The notes: generated from the letters alone by a model not told the origin. A DNA stretch of 64,000 bases from Eledone cirrhosa (GCA_964016885.1 OZ024748.1:50096001-50160000); one strand, 5' to 3'; shown: positions 45,083 through 60,347, counted from the stretch's first letter. A program made the numbers and translations.

Positions 45083-45260
45083 GTGCGGTTTTTGTTACAA
45101 AATGAAAAATAACCGAGGTGTCCTACACGAGTGGAAGTATAAAGAAAAAGAGATGAAATCGAACATGCAACTTAAGTCTTATTTTTTTTTTAAATATATA
45201 TATTTAAAAAAAAAATAAGACCTTCAGTTGCATTTTCGATTTCATCCCTTTTTCTTTATA
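45077..45260. mobile_element. Family F fold-back element (~60-bp arms spanning 45138-45260, plus ~60-bp tail)
   Basis: Palindrome centred at ~45198; homologous to 53390-53490. Confidence 0.85.
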
Positions 45261-45404
45261 TATATATATATATATTGTAAACTTGACTGTCACCACTGAA
45301 TATGAACCTGGAGATTACGAAAACATGAAAGTACTTGTTCAATTAACATTTAACATTTAATATTCTACCATACTATTTCATTATAATATCATCATAACTT
45401 TAAA

Positions 45405-45591
45405 GGCGGTGAATTGGCAGTATCGGTAGAGGGTTGGACGCCATGCTTTCTAGCACAGTTACGTCCCTTTACGGTCTGAGTTCAAATCCCGCCGAGGTTA
45501 ACTTTGCCTTTCATCCTTACGGGGTCGATAAAATAAAGTACCAGTAATGCACTGCGTAATTGCTGGCCTTGTGCCTAAAGGAGAAACAATT
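45405..45591 (+). mobile_element. Full-length SINE A with ~11-bp target site duplication
   Basis: ATAACTTTAAA at 45394-45404 and 45592-45602. Confidence 0.93.
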
Positions 45592-45650
45592 ATAACTTTA
45601 AAGTATTGTAAATAAAACGAGTAAATCAGACAAAGTTGGAATTCCTTTTA

Positions 45651-45696
<46 letters not shown>

Positions 45697-45822
45697 TTCT
45701 ATTTAAATTGTCTGGATACAACAAGCAAATATTTTTATAACTGATATAAAGCACTCAAGAAATTATTGGAGTAAAAATACGATATATTAACAAATGGAAA
45801 CTATATTTATAAAACCATGTTT

Positions 45823-45885
45823 TTTTCATTATACATATTTCAAGGACACCAAGTTAAATTATGGTGCGCTTTCATCAGATAAAAT
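45823..45885 (-). ncRNA. Type I hammerhead ribozyme (family A-HHR; element 45695-45918)
   Basis: Minus strand: TTTTAT-CTGATGA-AAGcGCACCA..TGGTGTcCTT-GAAA-TATGTATA-ATGAAA. Confidence 0.8.
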
Positions 45886-45977
45886 ATAATATAGATCAGT
45901 TTTATAAATAAATATTGACATACCCTTAAAGAATGCGACCATTTCTGTTGGAAGCTCCCTGATATATATATATATAC

Positions 45978-46053
<76 letters not shown>

Positions 46054-46140
46054 GTATACATACATATATATAGTGTGCGTGTATGATTACTGGTGATAGT
46101 TCCAATATATATATGTATATATATAAATATATATATATGA

Positions 46141-46294
46141 AGTAATTCCGTCGGAAAAGTCCAGGAAAAAAGAGTGCTCTATGTAGGTAACAGAGCTTAA
46201 TAGTTATGTAATAAACAACATAAGGCAATTATTCCATTACCAGTCTATGTAGGTAAATGGAATAATTGCCTTATGTTGTTTATTACATAACTAT
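46141..46294. mobile_element. Family G fold-back element (arms 46200-46241 / 46252-46294, plus ~60-bp tail)
   Basis: Near-perfect inverted arms; homologous to 4889-4990. Confidence 0.85.
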
Positions 46295-47674
46295 ATATAT
46301 ATATATATATGTATATATATACAATATCTAGAAAGGATAACACACTAGAGAGAGAGAGAGAGTGTGTGTAAAATATGTAAACCCAATCTCTATAACTATA
46401 TATCACACACGTACAAATCCAAAGAGATTTATTTTGCCAAAAAATTATTGACTGAAATGGAAACACCTATGGGTCATCAGCGTGTGTTAACTCTTTAGTG
46501 TTCAAACCGGCCAAAACCGGCCAAAACCGGCCAGAATTCTATACCTCTTTCTGTTGAAACTGGCTGTAACTGGTCGTTCAAACTGATGCTAAGGTATTAT
46601 TCTCAAAATAAATACTTTCAAAATCTCATAGATTCGATACTATGTGAGATAATTATGTGAGGTAAAGTCTTTACCATGAAAATATGATAGTATATATAGA
46701 GTAATGTAAATGCTAAAGGGTTAAGTAAATATATTCCAGACAACTCTAAGAAAATATAAGATAACCGTCTTGCAACACATGGTAGAGAGATGTTACAGCG
46801 TGCATAGGACAGTGAACCAGTGGTATTCGTGGGACGAGCTGTTAGAAATGGCAGCCCAAAACCACTCAAAGAAACGTGCTCAACCAAACGGAGTGAGAGG
46901 AAAGTTTGTTATAAGAAGCGAAATATTAAGATAAATTAACGTTGCCATAGGCTCGCGTTTGTCCCTCTGAATTATGTTCTCAAATTAAAAGGAGTCCTGA
47001 GCTCTTCTTTTGAGCACATAATTTACAGGGACTAACGTATGTCTATGGCTCCGTTAATATATATATATGTGTGTGTGTGTGTGTGTATGTGTATACAACC
47101 ATATTCAATTGCCAAAAACTAGAGTTTGCGTTATATGTACAAAGAATATCTGTTCGTATACACCTCCTCGCTAACATGTGTTTTTTTTATTAAAAACAAA
47201 CCAGTTTACTTTTGAATGCTCCCACATGGATGCATATGTAATATCTTTTCAATTGATGTGTGATATAACCTGAATGTAGTTTGAAATTTAAATGACTAAG
47301 TGAAATTGTAAAATAACGGAAGTATTTTTATATAATTTAACTTAAGAGAGGGTAAAATAAAAACCGAGACTTGGGCACAAATCAGAATTACTTTGAAGAG
47401 ATAAACTATATGTATGGCTACTAAGTTTAACAAAAGGTGTGCACAATTGCTTCTGCATTCATTGAAATGACTTGTTCATTTAAAATACCCAACGAATAAT
47501 AATAATTAAACAGCGCAACGATATACAGATGTTGAAGATTTATATTTAATGCGCTGAAATGTCCGTGACTCCCAGCAGACGAATGTCTCTTGTTTGTGCT
47601 TTCCTTTAATTTCTAAATACACTTTATCAGTAAACACAGAGCCCCTTGTTTCTCTTAAATATATATATATATAT

Positions 47675-47733
47675 ACTCTTTTACTCTTTTACCTGTTTCA
47701 GCCATTCGGCTGAGGCCATGCTGGGGCACCGCC
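47675..47733 (-). mobile_element. SINE 3'-end fragment with (AAAAGAGTA)n-type tail
   Basis: Reverse complement GGCGGTGCCCCAGCATGGCCTCAGCCGAATGGCTGAAACAGG; related plus-strand piece at ~32345-32388. Confidence 0.65.
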
Positions 47734-47735
47734 CT

Positions 47736-47787
<52 letters not shown>

Positions 47788-49000
47788 GCGTGCGTGCGTG
47801 TGTGTCTGTGTGTGAGTGCATACGTATATATATAGAGTAGAAATGGCTGTGTAGTTGCTATTTAAGGTAACTTAAAATGCAGTGGGAATACGAAGAAAGC
47901 AAGAACGGGGGGCGGGGGGAGTTTTCCTCATCAGTTATTTACTGAGGGGTCTCGGATATTTCTACGCTTTAAAGACAAGATATCTATCCCCAGGGCGTCA
48001 ATAACTGGATAAGTTATTGGGGAAACGGAGGAGGGAGGGAAGGAAAGCAAAAGTTTGATATAAAAACTAGGCTGTATAGTTACAAAAATAATATCATTAA
48101 AAAACACGTGGGACAAATACGGTAAAGACAAAACTCGGAAGAGACACCCACAGGGACAATTCTCTCTCTCTTCATATTCTGTCTGCTGAGGATCATTATA
48201 GTGTTGAGCGAACGTAAGTTGAATTTGCAAGATTCATAATGAGAAATCGTGTGTTGAGACAGATATATGTGCCGGAATATTTTCCTCTGTTTATACTGTT
48301 TATTGAATCTCTCTTTGGTGGTTCTATATGATAGTTATACAAGGAAAGGATTATTTATAATATTCTTAATAAAACCATGGTAGTATTAGAACAAACATGC
48401 TAAGATCAGGGAAGATTATATCATGAAATATTTCGTTTCCTAAAAATGCGTTGAAGAAATATTAGTACTGTTTTGTACGGAATATATTCTATATTTGAAG
48501 CTACAATATTTTCATGCAACATTGCAAGAGGAGCACCACATCCTGAGGATTCCATCTCAGAAGATAAGCTGGAAGTGCACTAACTAATGTAATTAAATGT
48601 GTTGTTCAAGATTATTAAAGTGGAGTTAGAATTTACATTAATATATTATTTCTAGTTAAGTTTATTTTAAGAGCAGTATTTACCGTGACATGGATCTAGA
48701 GATATATTTAAGAAATTAAGTATGATTAGATTACACGCACACATGTATATCATGACTCACACACTATTCACTTCCCTGACATTTGTATATTATTCTATGT
48801 ACTATATATGCACCTTTGACGAGTTGTAGTGCACCTGAGCACTGTACACAATAATTTCATTATTATTATTTTAAATCCTACTTAAATCTTAGTTTATAAG
48901 GTCATACAATTACCTACTTAAATACGTAGCACACTTCCAGTCTACGTACATACATATACAGACATATGTACATATACACATACATACATACATAAGTACG

Positions 49001-49048
<48 letters not shown>

Positions 49049-49655
49049 TATATATATATACTTACACATGTATATATGTATTATATATACATATGTGTGT
49101 GATGTGTGTGTATGTGGGGGTATGCGTGTATGTATGTATACAGATTAGGCAACAAAGGATAGATAGATAGATAGATAGATAGATAGAAAGAGATTCGTGG
49201 CAAAGATAATAATTCACCACACATTCAGTTCAGATTTTAGTGGAAAAATAATATAAAAATGTCAATAGAAGTAAATAGATCGAGAGAGAGACAGACCTAA
49301 CAGTGAAAAAAAAATACATATTATAGAGGGGAAAAAATCATTGAGAGAAAAATGGGAGCAAACATACTCCATCAAATATATTACTTATAACATTAGGTAA
49401 TATATATATATAAATATATTAGATAGAAATGGGAATAGAGCTGTTAGTTGGCATTATGGCGGCATAAATTCAAATTAGTTAAGAAGTATATAACCAATAT
49501 ATTCCATAGTTATGTATGTGTGTATGATGTACATATTAGTTGCTGTACTATGTTCAGATTACTTTTGACACAACACTAGTTTTACGTTATTAGAAATAAA
49601 CATTAGCGTAGTATAGTTTATTATATTATATAATTACAGTGTCTTTATATAGAAA

Positions 49656-49705
<50 letters not shown>

Positions 49706-50037
49706 TAGATAGATATATATATGTATGTATGGATATATATATATATATATATATACATGCTAATATATGTATGACTACATTTTTCTTTCAGTGCATGTGT
49801 ATATTAATATAAGCCAGTATATATATATGTATATATATATATATATATAAACACACACTCGCGGACACACTTATATATATATATATGTATGTATATATAT
49901 AGAGAGAGATTGATAGATACATACACATATATATATACTTATATATATGTGTATGTGCGTATACATATTTTATCTATATCTATCTCTCTATATATATATT
50001 ACATACACACATACACTCATACATATATATTTATTTA

Positions 50038-50075
<38 letters not shown>

Positions 50076-50559
50076 TATATATATATGTGTGTCTGTGTGT
50101 GAGTGTGTGTGTGAAAGTATATGTATATATATATATATTTATATATTTATGTATATATATATATGTGTACGTATTTATAAAGTAGCATGTGAATGCAATG
50201 TGATGACATATACATAAAAAAAAAACCAACAAAAAAAAAAGACAATTGTTCATCAGTAATGTCATATACACATGAATGAGGTATACACATACATGTTTGT
50301 AAGTAATGTAGATATAAGAAATTTTTTTTATTTTCAAACATGAAAAATCATGAAAGCTGCTACACTAACGACAGATATATTCTAGCTAATAATGTATAAC
50401 AGCAGTAGCGTAGATAAATTGTATGTCTGTGCATACATGTGTGTTTTGGGATGTGTTTCCTTTAATGTGTGCATGCGTGTGTATATATAAACTTGCACAC
50501 GCACACACCAGCACATGTATATCAATATTATATAAATATATTGTGTTAAATTCTATGAC

Positions 50560-50597
<38 letters not shown>

Positions 50598-50620
50598 GAT
50601 GCATATATCTATATCTATAT

Positions 50621-50741
<121 letters not shown>

Positions 50742-50861
50742 CCTATATGTATATATATATATATATGAATATTTATATAAATGCAATTATATGTATATTT
50801 ATAAATATATATACATATGTATAATTATATATAAATACATTCATATATATATGTATATTTA

Positions 50862-50900
<39 letters not shown>

Positions 50901-51080
50901 ATATATATATATACGGATATATATATAAGACACACACATATACACACACACTCACACGCAAACGCACAGACAAATATATATACGTACATATAAGTATATA
51001 TACATACACACACACACATATGTATATATGTGTGTGTATATATATATATATTTATATATATATATATTTACACACACACA

Positions 51081-51127
<47 letters not shown>

Positions 51128-51348
51128 ATATTTATATATCTTTACACATATTTATATATGTCTATGAATTTCTGTCTCTTTCTGTAACTCCTCAAATATT
51201 CCATTTTTCTGTTTATTTATCAACTTTGCGTCTTACATTGTTTTGGCAGTACCGCAATTCAACCAATTTATTCAACACACTGTAAACAGCTCTATCTATC
51301 TATCTATTTATCCATCTGTATATCTTTCTGTCTATATCTATATCTATG

Positions 51349-51449
<101 letters not shown>

Positions 51450-51601
51450 ATACAGATATATCTTACCATCTATCTATATCTATATGTATATCTATATATA
51501 TATAACTATATGTCTATCTATATATCTATTTATGTAACTGCCTATGACACTATCTCTCTCTCTCTCTCTCTCTCACTCTCTCTCTCTCTCTCTTTCTCTC
51601 A

Positions 51602-51652
<51 letters not shown>

Positions 51653-51760
51653 AATATAAATTCTCTTTATGTCACTCTTCATAATTTTCTATCCACATTC
51701 TCTTCATATCACTCTATATAATTGTCTATCCACCTGTCTCTCTTTCTCTCTATTTATTTC

Positions 51761-51873
<113 letters not shown>

Positions 51874-51975
51874 CAATATCTATGTATGTGTCGGTAGACA
51901 GCATATAACTATTAGCCTGCTTTTGAAAATATATTACTTGGAGAGAAATATGGTCACATAAAAAATATATATATA

Positions 51976-52009
<34 letters not shown>

Positions 52010-52120
52010 TACACACACACATATATATATATATATATACATATATATTATATGTATATACACACATACGCAAACACAATTTTATGCATATATATATAAT
52101 TATATATTTATATATTTATA

Positions 52121-52177
<57 letters not shown>

Positions 52178-52334
52178 TGCCCCCTCGTTATCGAGTATGG
52201 CCATTGCATGATATACCATTATTTATAATTATTAATTAATTCTATCGTGCAATGCCTGTGCGTGAAGATATTTTTAAAGTGAGGAAAGACTGTGCACTGA
52301 GCCAATCCCACTCTTAAGTGATGTATATATATAT

Positions 52335-52419
<85 letters not shown>

Positions 52420-52420
52420 A

Positions 52421-52534
52421 GGCGTGTGCTGAATGGTTAGAGAATTGGATTCACAATCTTGAGGTTGTGAGTTCGATTCCTGGACCGGGCGATGCGTTAT
52501 GTCCTTGAGCAAGACACTTTATTTCACGTTGCTC
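52421..52534 (+). mobile_element. SINE B 5' half, truncated at a family D element
   Basis: B box GAGTTCGATTCC and TGTCCTTGAGCAAGACACTT block. Confidence 0.85.
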
Positions 52535-52632
52535 CTTCTACCTGGAGTTGCGACCGATAGATAGTACTAGCAACTGGAAAGACCAACGGAAACATTGTTT
52601 CCTCGGTCCGATTTGACGAAAGTCGATCGATC

Positions 52633-52635
<3 letters not shown>
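52535..52635. mobile_element. Family D repeat
   Basis: Near-identical to 28165-28253. Confidence 0.85.
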
Positions 52636-52681
<46 letters not shown>

Positions 52682-53036
52682 TTAAATAAAAGATTTCAAC
52701 GCAGGTAAAAATATATCGGGGGTTGTCTTGGGAATTGTAATCTCGTTTTAATCTTTACATTAGGTCCATGGAGGCGCACCCTACCATAGATTTAGCTGGG
52801 AATATCAACCCCAGCATTTATGCTGTGCAATCTGGGACTTATTTTATAGACCTCTGTGCATCAAACTCCTATATAATACGTAAAAAGTAATTGCAAACTT
52901 ACCCAACTATGCATATGTATGTACGTATATGTAAGTATACGTGTATGTAAGTATATATCTATATATCTATATCTATATCTATATCTATATATACCTACAT
53001 GGTACATGAACAGACATTCCCTACTCATACACACAC

Positions 53037-53094
<58 letters not shown>

Positions 53095-53096
<2 letters not shown>

Positions 53097-53296
53097 CGAA
53101 AGAAGTGTGGTAAGGAACCAGGTGGACCATAACGCACCACAAGAGTACTCAATACTTAGGGTAGTAGAGTGGGTAATAGGAAAACGTTTAACCCCGACAG
53201 CAGAGCTCAAGCCGTTTCGTCGACTATTTCTGGACTGAGTCCAAAAATAGCCGTCGAAACGGCTTGAGCTTTGCTGTCGGGGTTAAATATTTTCCT
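53095..53296. mobile_element. Family B fold-back element
   Basis: Tail plus hairpin centred at ~53237. Confidence 0.9.
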
Positions 53297-53328
53297 ATAT
53301 ATATATTGAGAAAAACCACCATCTCAAC

Positions 53329-53370
53329 TCCAATTTTGAAAAGCAGAAGAACTGCGAAACCGGTAAAGGA
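53329..53370 (+). ncRNA. Minimal hammerhead candidate with U3-A8 core (family F element 53308-53490)
   Basis: TT-TTGAAAA-GCAG(aagaa)CTGC-GAAA-CCGG-TA-AA; palindromic ACCGGT stem III; stem I short. Confidence 0.55.
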
Positions 53371-53484
53371 ACCAAATAAATATACATATATTTTTTAAAT
53401 TAAGACTCCAATTGCATTTTCGATTTCATCTTTTTTTCTTTATACTTTCATTCGGTTATTTTTCATTTGTAAAAAAAACCTCAC

Positions 53485-53526
<42 letters not shown>

Positions 53527-53529
<3 letters not shown>

Positions 53530-53735
53530 AAAGAGTAGGACCCCGACGGCTGAGCTCAAGCCGTTTCGACGGCTAATTCTGGACTGTACATTTTTAGTCC
53601 AGAATTAGCCGTCGAAACGGCTTGAGCTCAGCCGTCGGGGTCCTACTCGTTCCTATTACCTACTCTACTACCCTAAGTATTGAGTACTTTGGTGCGTTAT
53701 GGTCCACCTGGTTCCTTACCACATTTCCATCGTTA
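53527..53735. mobile_element. Family B fold-back element, opposite orientation
   Basis: ~58-bp arms centred at ~53590; tail on the right. Confidence 0.9.
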
Positions 53736-53768
53736 TATATATATATATATCGTTATATATATATATAT

Positions 53769-53919
<151 letters not shown>

Positions 53920-53922
53920 GTG

Positions 53923-53955
<33 letters not shown>

Positions 53956-54354
53956 TTATATGTGTGTATACATGCAATCGCATATTGATTTATGTGTGCT
54001 GGTGTCTGTTTATAGGTGCGCGCGTGTTTTTTCTGTGTTTATAAGTGTATGCTTGTGTATTTATTTATGTATGTGTACGGACTATTGGTTAAACATAGTA
54101 TAGGTATATGAAAGATATAGAATGATATGTAGCATATTTGCTCTGCTGTATACATTTTTTTATCTCCTACTAAACAATATATTGACACTCGGTGTATTAT
54201 AGTGTTTCATTATGTAACTTTCCCTCACTTATATATTTTGTGTTTCACAACTCTCTGTATATATAAACGTTTGTCTGATTTGATTTCTATCTATCTATCG
54301 ATCTATGCATCGCCCTAACTATGTATCTAAACATACAGAAAAAAAAAAAAAAAA

Positions 54355-54460
<106 letters not shown>

Positions 54461-54551
54461 TATATAAATATATATATATGTATGTGTATATATGTATCTA
54501 TCTATCTATCTATCTATCTATCTCTCTATGTATATATATAAATATATATAT

Positions 54552-54624
54552 AATTGTTTTTACATTTGGTACAAGGCCAGCAATTACCCAGTACATTACT
54601 GGTAGTTTATTTTATCGACCCCGT
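54552..54624 (-). mobile_element. SINE A 3' fragment
   Basis: Reverse complement of the SINE A tail. Confidence 0.85.
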
Positions 54625-55118
54625 ACATATATATATATATATATATATATACGAGTTATCAGTCATAAACCTTACATGTATAGTCTAGGTATGCAATTAT
54701 GAAAGAAATTAAAACAAACAATTAAATCAAGTTAAGAAAAGAAACTGAAAGAAATAATATCGTATACCAAGAGAAGGTAGGAGGAAGTGTGTGTGTGTGT
54801 GTGTGTGTGTGTGGGGGGGGGGGGGGTAAATAACAATTTTAATAAAACACTCAGGATGGGAGCGAAGGAGGCGGGGGGTGGGGAACAATTACTGCACCTC
54901 TGTAGTTGCAACGTTAGATGTTATGGTGTGCTGAACTTTTGTGATACTGATTATCACAACGGTCAGTATTGTTTATGTAATATGTGTGTGGGAGCTGAAG
55001 GTTGAATGTATTACAGTTGCAATGGAAATCACCTGAATGGAAAACTGCACGGTGGGTCGGTGGTGCCACACATCGTTATATAACTCTGGATTGTAATTAC
55101 ACCACCTTGTGTTTTCAC

Positions 55119-55181
<63 letters not shown>

Positions 55182-55184
55182 CAT

Positions 55185-55725
<541 letters not shown>

Positions 55726-56039
55726 AGAACTTCTCCCATCTTTTCCAGGAGATCTATATTGGAAACTCCCAATATAAACATACATACATTCATATAAAAA
55801 AAACAAAAGATGATCCTTCCAAACATCTTATTAAATGGCACGAGTGATATACCCAATCCTATATATATATATATATATATGGGGAGGGGTGCATGTATGT
55901 GTATGCGTATGTGTGTGTGTGCGTGTGTGTGTGTGCGTGTGTGTGTGCGTGTGCGTGCACGACAAACGAGTAATAAGAATACTCAATGCAGACATAGAGT
56001 TCACCTATTCGTTTATTATGTTAACTATAACTAAGTATT

Positions 56040-56103
56040 GAGTCTTATTACTCTGGAGTTTCACCTGCGGACTTGCAGGTGAAACTCAAGAATAATAAGA
56101 CTC
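56040..56103. repeat. ~29-bp-arm hairpin; related segment at 56695-56728
   Basis: GAGTCTTATTA..GAGTTTCACCTGC(ggactt)GCAGGTGAAACTC..TAATAAGACTC. Confidence 0.85.
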
Positions 56104-56124
56104 ACTTCTTAGCTATATCAAATG

Positions 56125-56168
<44 letters not shown>

Positions 56169-56273
56169 CATATAAACAAGTTCGTTTCTATATGTACAAA
56201 TAAACACATGCACAAAGGTACAAACTTATATATGCATATATGCATGTATATATAACATGAAAGTAGATAAATT

Positions 56274-56333
<60 letters not shown>

Positions 56334-56385
56334 AATCTATATTAATTCAAAATATTAACAAAATAGATATTCTTGTGATTCAGTA

Positions 56386-56452
56386 TATTTTATTATATAT
56401 ATTTCAGAGGTACTGAGTTAAGTTCAACAGTACGTCCTCATCAGATAAAATA
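56386..56452 (-). ncRNA. Type I hammerhead ribozyme (family A-HHR)
   Basis: Minus strand: TATTTTAT-CTGATGA-GGAcGTACTG..CAGTACcTCT-GAAA-TATATATA-ATAAAATA; perfect 8-bp stem I. Confidence 0.85.
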
Positions 56453-56582
56453 AGATGATGCATGACATACCCTGACATAGTAGATGGTTAAGATTGAGTC
56501 ATGGAAGTGAGTAATATAGGAGTGCTTCCAATCTATTGTAAAACTCATTCTTTGATTTATTCATTGAACCTTGTTTAACTTT

Positions 56583-56685
<103 letters not shown>

Positions 56686-56894
56686 AACCTAAATAGTGAG
56701 TCTTGTTAGTATGGAGTTTCGCCTGTCTATCACTAGCTAATATATACACATATACACATATGTTTATATATAAATATATAAACATGTGTGTTTATTTATA
56801 TATATATATATATGTAGTGAAGACTTGGACGGGAACAGAGACAGAGAGGCAGTACAAATAAAGGTTTATTAGGTTCTTGAGAGTGAGGAGAGGG

Positions 56895-56927
56895 GACGTT
56901 TCGGGCATAAGCCCTTCATCAGGAGAA
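56895..56927 (-). ncRNA. Penelope-type minimal hammerhead core
   Basis: Minus strand: CTGATGA-A-GGGC(ttat)GCCC-GAAACGTC; no cis stem I found. Confidence 0.6.
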
Positions 56928-56965
56928 AAGTTGGTAGGAAGAGAGTTCCGAGAGTCTGTGGGGGA

Positions 56966-57017
<52 letters not shown>

Positions 57018-57025
57018 ATATCTAT

Positions 57026-57073
<48 letters not shown>

Positions 57074-57075
57074 AT

Positions 57076-57151
<76 letters not shown>

Positions 57152-57185
57152 TATTTTCCTCCGATTTTTAATTTGATATATATAT

Positions 57186-57339
57186 AACGAAGAGGGTGTG
57201 GTAAGATACCAGGTGGACCATAACGCACCAGAGTACTCAATACTTAGGGTAATAGAGTGGGTAATAGGAAACGAGACAGCACCCCACGGCTGAGCTCCGG
57301 CCGTTTCGTCAGGTAGATCAGAACGGATCCTGGCTCTTT

Positions 57340-57342
<3 letters not shown>
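57186..57342. mobile_element. Diverged family B copy; further fragment at 58983-59032
   Basis: Homologous tail, arm and TTCCTA end. Confidence 0.85.
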
Positions 57343-57378
<36 letters not shown>

Positions 57379-57489
57379 TATATAATATATATATATATAT
57401 ATAATATATACATAAATATACATATATATATATATATATATACATCTACATATATATATATATATATACATATATACATATATATATAT

Positions 57490-57522
<33 letters not shown>

Positions 57523-57581
57523 TATATACATATATATATATATATACATATATACATATATACATATATATACATATATAC

Positions 57582-57623
<42 letters not shown>

Positions 57624-57668
57624 CCATATATCCATATATCTATATATATACATATATACATATATATA

Positions 57669-57724
<56 letters not shown>

Positions 57725-57878
57725 TATATATATATATATATATATATATACATAATGTAGGAGGTGAGTTTTATTGTAGTACAATAAAGCAATGCAGATA
57801 TCGGATAAGAAGCACTCTACAGTTTGTAGGACTGGAGTATACATAATATAAGATCAAAACCATCTTTTGATCTTATAT

Positions 57879-57916
<38 letters not shown>

Positions 57917-58171
57917 CGTGTGTGTGTGAGTGTGTATGGGTGTGCGTATGGGTGTGTGTTTCTGCAGTGTGATAATGAGAGAGAGAGAGAGTATATACCG
58001 AGTGGGGAGAGAGGGGTAAGGAAAATATATAGAGAGACACATGCTTATGCATATTTGTGGCTCTGCATTTATGTTCATATGTAGAGAAATATGACTGCAA
58101 ATAATAAAATTGCATATACATAATATCATGCAATCATACTTATATACATGCCATACATATATACTTTACAT

Positions 58172-58255
<84 letters not shown>

Positions 58256-58287
58256 TATATATATAGATAGATATTTATATATATATA

Positions 58288-58321
<34 letters not shown>

Positions 58322-58503
58322 TAGATAGATATAGATATATATATAGATAGATATTTATATATATATATGCATATATATATATATATATATGCATATATAT
58401 ATATATACATATATATATTTATATACATATATATATATATATATTTATATACATATATATATATAGATATATATAGATATATTTATATATATTTATATAT
58501 ATT

Positions 58504-58536
<33 letters not shown>

Positions 58537-58825
58537 GTGTATAAGTATTTATATATTTATATATATTTATATTTGTATAAATATGAATGTATATAATTGA
58601 ATAACTATGCACGTATTTACAAATATATCACTCTCTTTGTATTTATGTATATATGACATTTGGTTCAACTCAACAACATATTTCTATCTCTTTGCAAACA
58701 TTTCCAGTGCCATTTTACCTGACATATTGAAATATATTTTATAGTTAAATGCACTGAGGCGGTTTCATATGAAATATAATGTTACCCCAACCATATTCAT
58801 ATATTTAAATTTATGTATGTATATA

Positions 58826-58938
<113 letters not shown>

Positions 58939-59208
58939 CACTATATTCTACCAATATATTGAGTACCTACCTACCTCGGATCTAGCTGTCGAAACGACCG
59001 AAGCTCAACCGTCGAGGTCCTGACTCTCTTCCTATATATATATGTAGAGAGAGAGATATATACATACATATATGTTTGTGTATATATATATATATACATA
59101 TATATATACATATATATATTTGAGATTATGTGTGTGTATATGTATATATGCACACACATATATATAAGTATATATACATATGCAATACAAACCCACACAT
59201 ACATACAA

Positions 59209-59257
<49 letters not shown>

Positions 59258-59364
59258 TGTATGCTTGCAATAAATGCGTCGGTAGGCTGTATGCATTTTG
59301 AGCACTCGATGCTCGCGCAGAGCAGAATATAAATATATATATATATTTATATATATATATATTA

Positions 59365-59396
<32 letters not shown>

Positions 59397-59732
59397 ATAT
59401 ATATATCGGTATAGGTATAGATATATATGTATGCGATGGCTCACTGAATATGTATGTGTGTTTTTTCACATCATTTCTTTCCCTATCTAACCCCCTCTTA
59501 CTCTTTGTATTTCTATTTTATCTTTTAATTCTAATTCTATCGGCTGATGAAGGTTTTTAAGACTATTTTCCTTTCATTTCAAGCATTAAACTACTATATT
59601 TCATCAATTCACGTTGTTGTGTTGTTTGCTTTGTTATTTTATTTTACGTTTTACACTCAGGCATACTCACACACACACAAACACACATATATATCTTTTT
59701 ATGAATATGTATATTTGTATATACACATACAT

Positions 59733-59806
<74 letters not shown>

Positions 59807-59824
59807 TAAATATATATATGTATA

Positions 59825-59910
<86 letters not shown>

Positions 59911-59940
59911 TATATTTAATTATAAAATTATATTATTACA

Positions 59941-60306
59941 TTCAAATCCCGTCGAGGTTAACTTTGCGTTTCATCCTTACGGGGTCTATAAAAAAGTACC
60001 AGTAATTTACTGGTAGAATTGCTGTCCTTGTGCCAAAAGTAGAAACGATGATATTACATTATATATATATAATGTATATAATATATATATATATATATAC
60101 AATATATATATAGGGCGGTGGATTTGCAGTATCGGTAGCGGGTCGGACGCCATGCTTTGACGCATTGAGTTACGGCCCTTGCCATTCTGAGTTCAAATCC
60201 CGCTGAGGTTAACTTTGCCTTTCATACTTACGGGGTCGATAAAATAAAATAAAATACCAGTAATGAACTGGGTATTTGCTGGCCTTGTGCCAAAAGTAGA
60301 AACAAT
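59941..60306 (+). mobile_element. Two SINE A copies (59941-60046 partial; 60113-60306 full)
   Basis: Homology to the SINE A consensus. Confidence 0.9.
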
Positions 60307-60310
60307 TTTA

Positions 60311-60347
<37 letters not shown>

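Noticed and set aside
52421-52495. tRNA gene
   Set aside because: tRNA-like head continues into a SINE body and lacks a proper acceptor stem
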